From an uncultured Alphaproteobacteria bacterium (GTDB taxonomy: Bacteria > Pseudomonadota > Alphaproteobacteria > Rhodobacterales > Rhodobacteraceae), in NCBI GenBank assembly GCA_963781185.1, contig CAWAEL010000027.1, forward strand, positions 1 through 64,000: DNA of 64,000 nt, given 5' to 3'. The notes beneath the pieces were generated by a model. That model saw only the letters and a list, made by a program, of their open reading frames with translations, was not told the origin of the DNA and searched no databases. Every line of letters starts with the position of its first letter. The first letter of the stretch is position 1. The position numbers were made by a program, and so were the translations under genes. Shown piece after piece: positions 63,236 through 64,000 of this stretch.

Positions 63236-64000
63236 CTAGTTGATCAAGGTCGGTTTGGGCGCATGTGTGACGTTCGAGGGCAACACCCCCAACCGCCGCG
63301 CCAGTTCAGTATATACATCCGCCATCGGTCCCGGTTCCGCAGGCGCGCGTCCCCTCGACGCCCGACCGCAGATCCCACAACCGGCAACTGTCCGGGCTGA
63401 TCTCATCGACCACGATCAGGCGGGTGAACTCCCCTTCCCAGATCCGGCCCACTTCGATGCGGAAGTCGGCCAGACCGAATGCCCACGCCCAGCATCACGC
63501 CCGACAGGAAATCATTCACCCGCAGCGCCAGGGCGACCACATATCATCCATGTCCTGCTGGCTCGCCCAGCCAAAGGCAAAGATATGCTCTTCGCTGACC
63601 ATCGGCGAATTCAGCCGCGGTTCTTTGTAGTAATATTCGACAATCGGACGCGGCAGCGGCGTCCCCTCAGGGATGCCCAGCCGGGTCGACAGCTCACCCG
63701 CCGCAAAGTTCCGCACCACCACTTCCAGCGGGATGATCTCGGCCTCACGTACCAATTGCTCACGCATGTTGATTCGGCGGATGAAATGCGTCGGCACCCC
63801 GATCGAGTTCAGACCCGTCATGAAAAACTCTGACAACCGGTTGTTCAGCACGCCCTTGCCTTCCGGCGGCGCAGGGCTGACCATCGGGGCAGAGGGCATT
63901 GGCGCGCCTTCGTCCTTGAAATACTGCACCAATGTGCCGGGTTCCGGGCCTTCGTACAGGATTTTGGCCTTGCCTTCGTAGACCTTCTTACGCCGTGCCA
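63236..64000 (-). CDS. purC: phosphoribosylaminoimidazole-succinocarboxamide synthase (SAICAR synthetase), N-terminus beyond window end; frame break(s)
   Basis: [10 protein letters not shown]...GIPTHFI and ILYEGPEPG motifs. The C-terminal part is in another frame. Confidence 0.75.

Noticed and set aside
1-64000. CRISPR arrays, tRNA/rRNA genes, IS elements, integrases, prophage or toxin-antitoxin modules
   Set aside because: No spacer-repeat periodicity, no GTTCGAATC-type T-arm motifs, and no transposase/integrase-like ORFs were seen on either strand.

Overview
High-GC (~65%) chromosomal segment that looks alphaproteobacterial (Rhodobacteraceae-like), judged from protein families and gene order. 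It is densely coding, mostly metabolic and transport genes. I found no rRNA, tRNA, CRISPR array, transposase or integrase.

Main gene content:
- A two-component pair (7TM sensor kinase + response regulator) divergent from a ~1030-aa all-RTX-repeat type I secretion substrate.
- A GntR/FadR regulator followed by a translationally coupled stand-alone FCD-domain paralog.
- FAH-family hydrolase, alpha/beta hydrolase and amidohydrolase.
- A Liv-type ABC importer operon continuing into a UPF0261/Tm-1-like gene pair.
- A flotillin, then an SRPBCC protein, then an SRPBCC-quinone oxidoreductase fusion.
- An aldehyde dehydrogenase / FadB-like / CoA-transferase / Dpp-type permease operon on the minus strand.
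- An IclR-controlled cluster: lipoyl-alpha/beta-hydrolase (AcoC-like), OtnC/OtnK, fused E1 alpha-beta TPP enzyme, family-5 SBP, and two aminotransferases.
- Housekeeping genes: gatB, pepN, glcB, bolA, a J-domain protein, cobS, purS, purC.
- A sugar block: inosose-dehydratase-like, SDR, xylB, xylA, Zn-ADH.

Caveat: at least ~30 reading-frame breaks are spread over about 20 genes, including gatB, purC/purS and glcB. I interpret most of them as indel sequencing or assembly errors rather than real pseudogenes. Gene spans are therefore given as reconstructed single genes.

I see no clear-cut new defence or mobile system. The most unusual items are:
- the flotillin-SRPBCC-SRPBCC::QOR module;
- the ABC plus Tm-1-like operon;
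- the GntR plus HTH-less FCD pair, with a mirror-symmetric double operator;
- the lipoyl-hydrolase/E1/otn/aminotransferase cluster;
- a multi-hairpin AT-rich intergenic element next to gatB;
- a glycosyltransferase/methyltransferase/MsrB/RTX-like insertion between the conserved bolA-J-domain and cobS genes.
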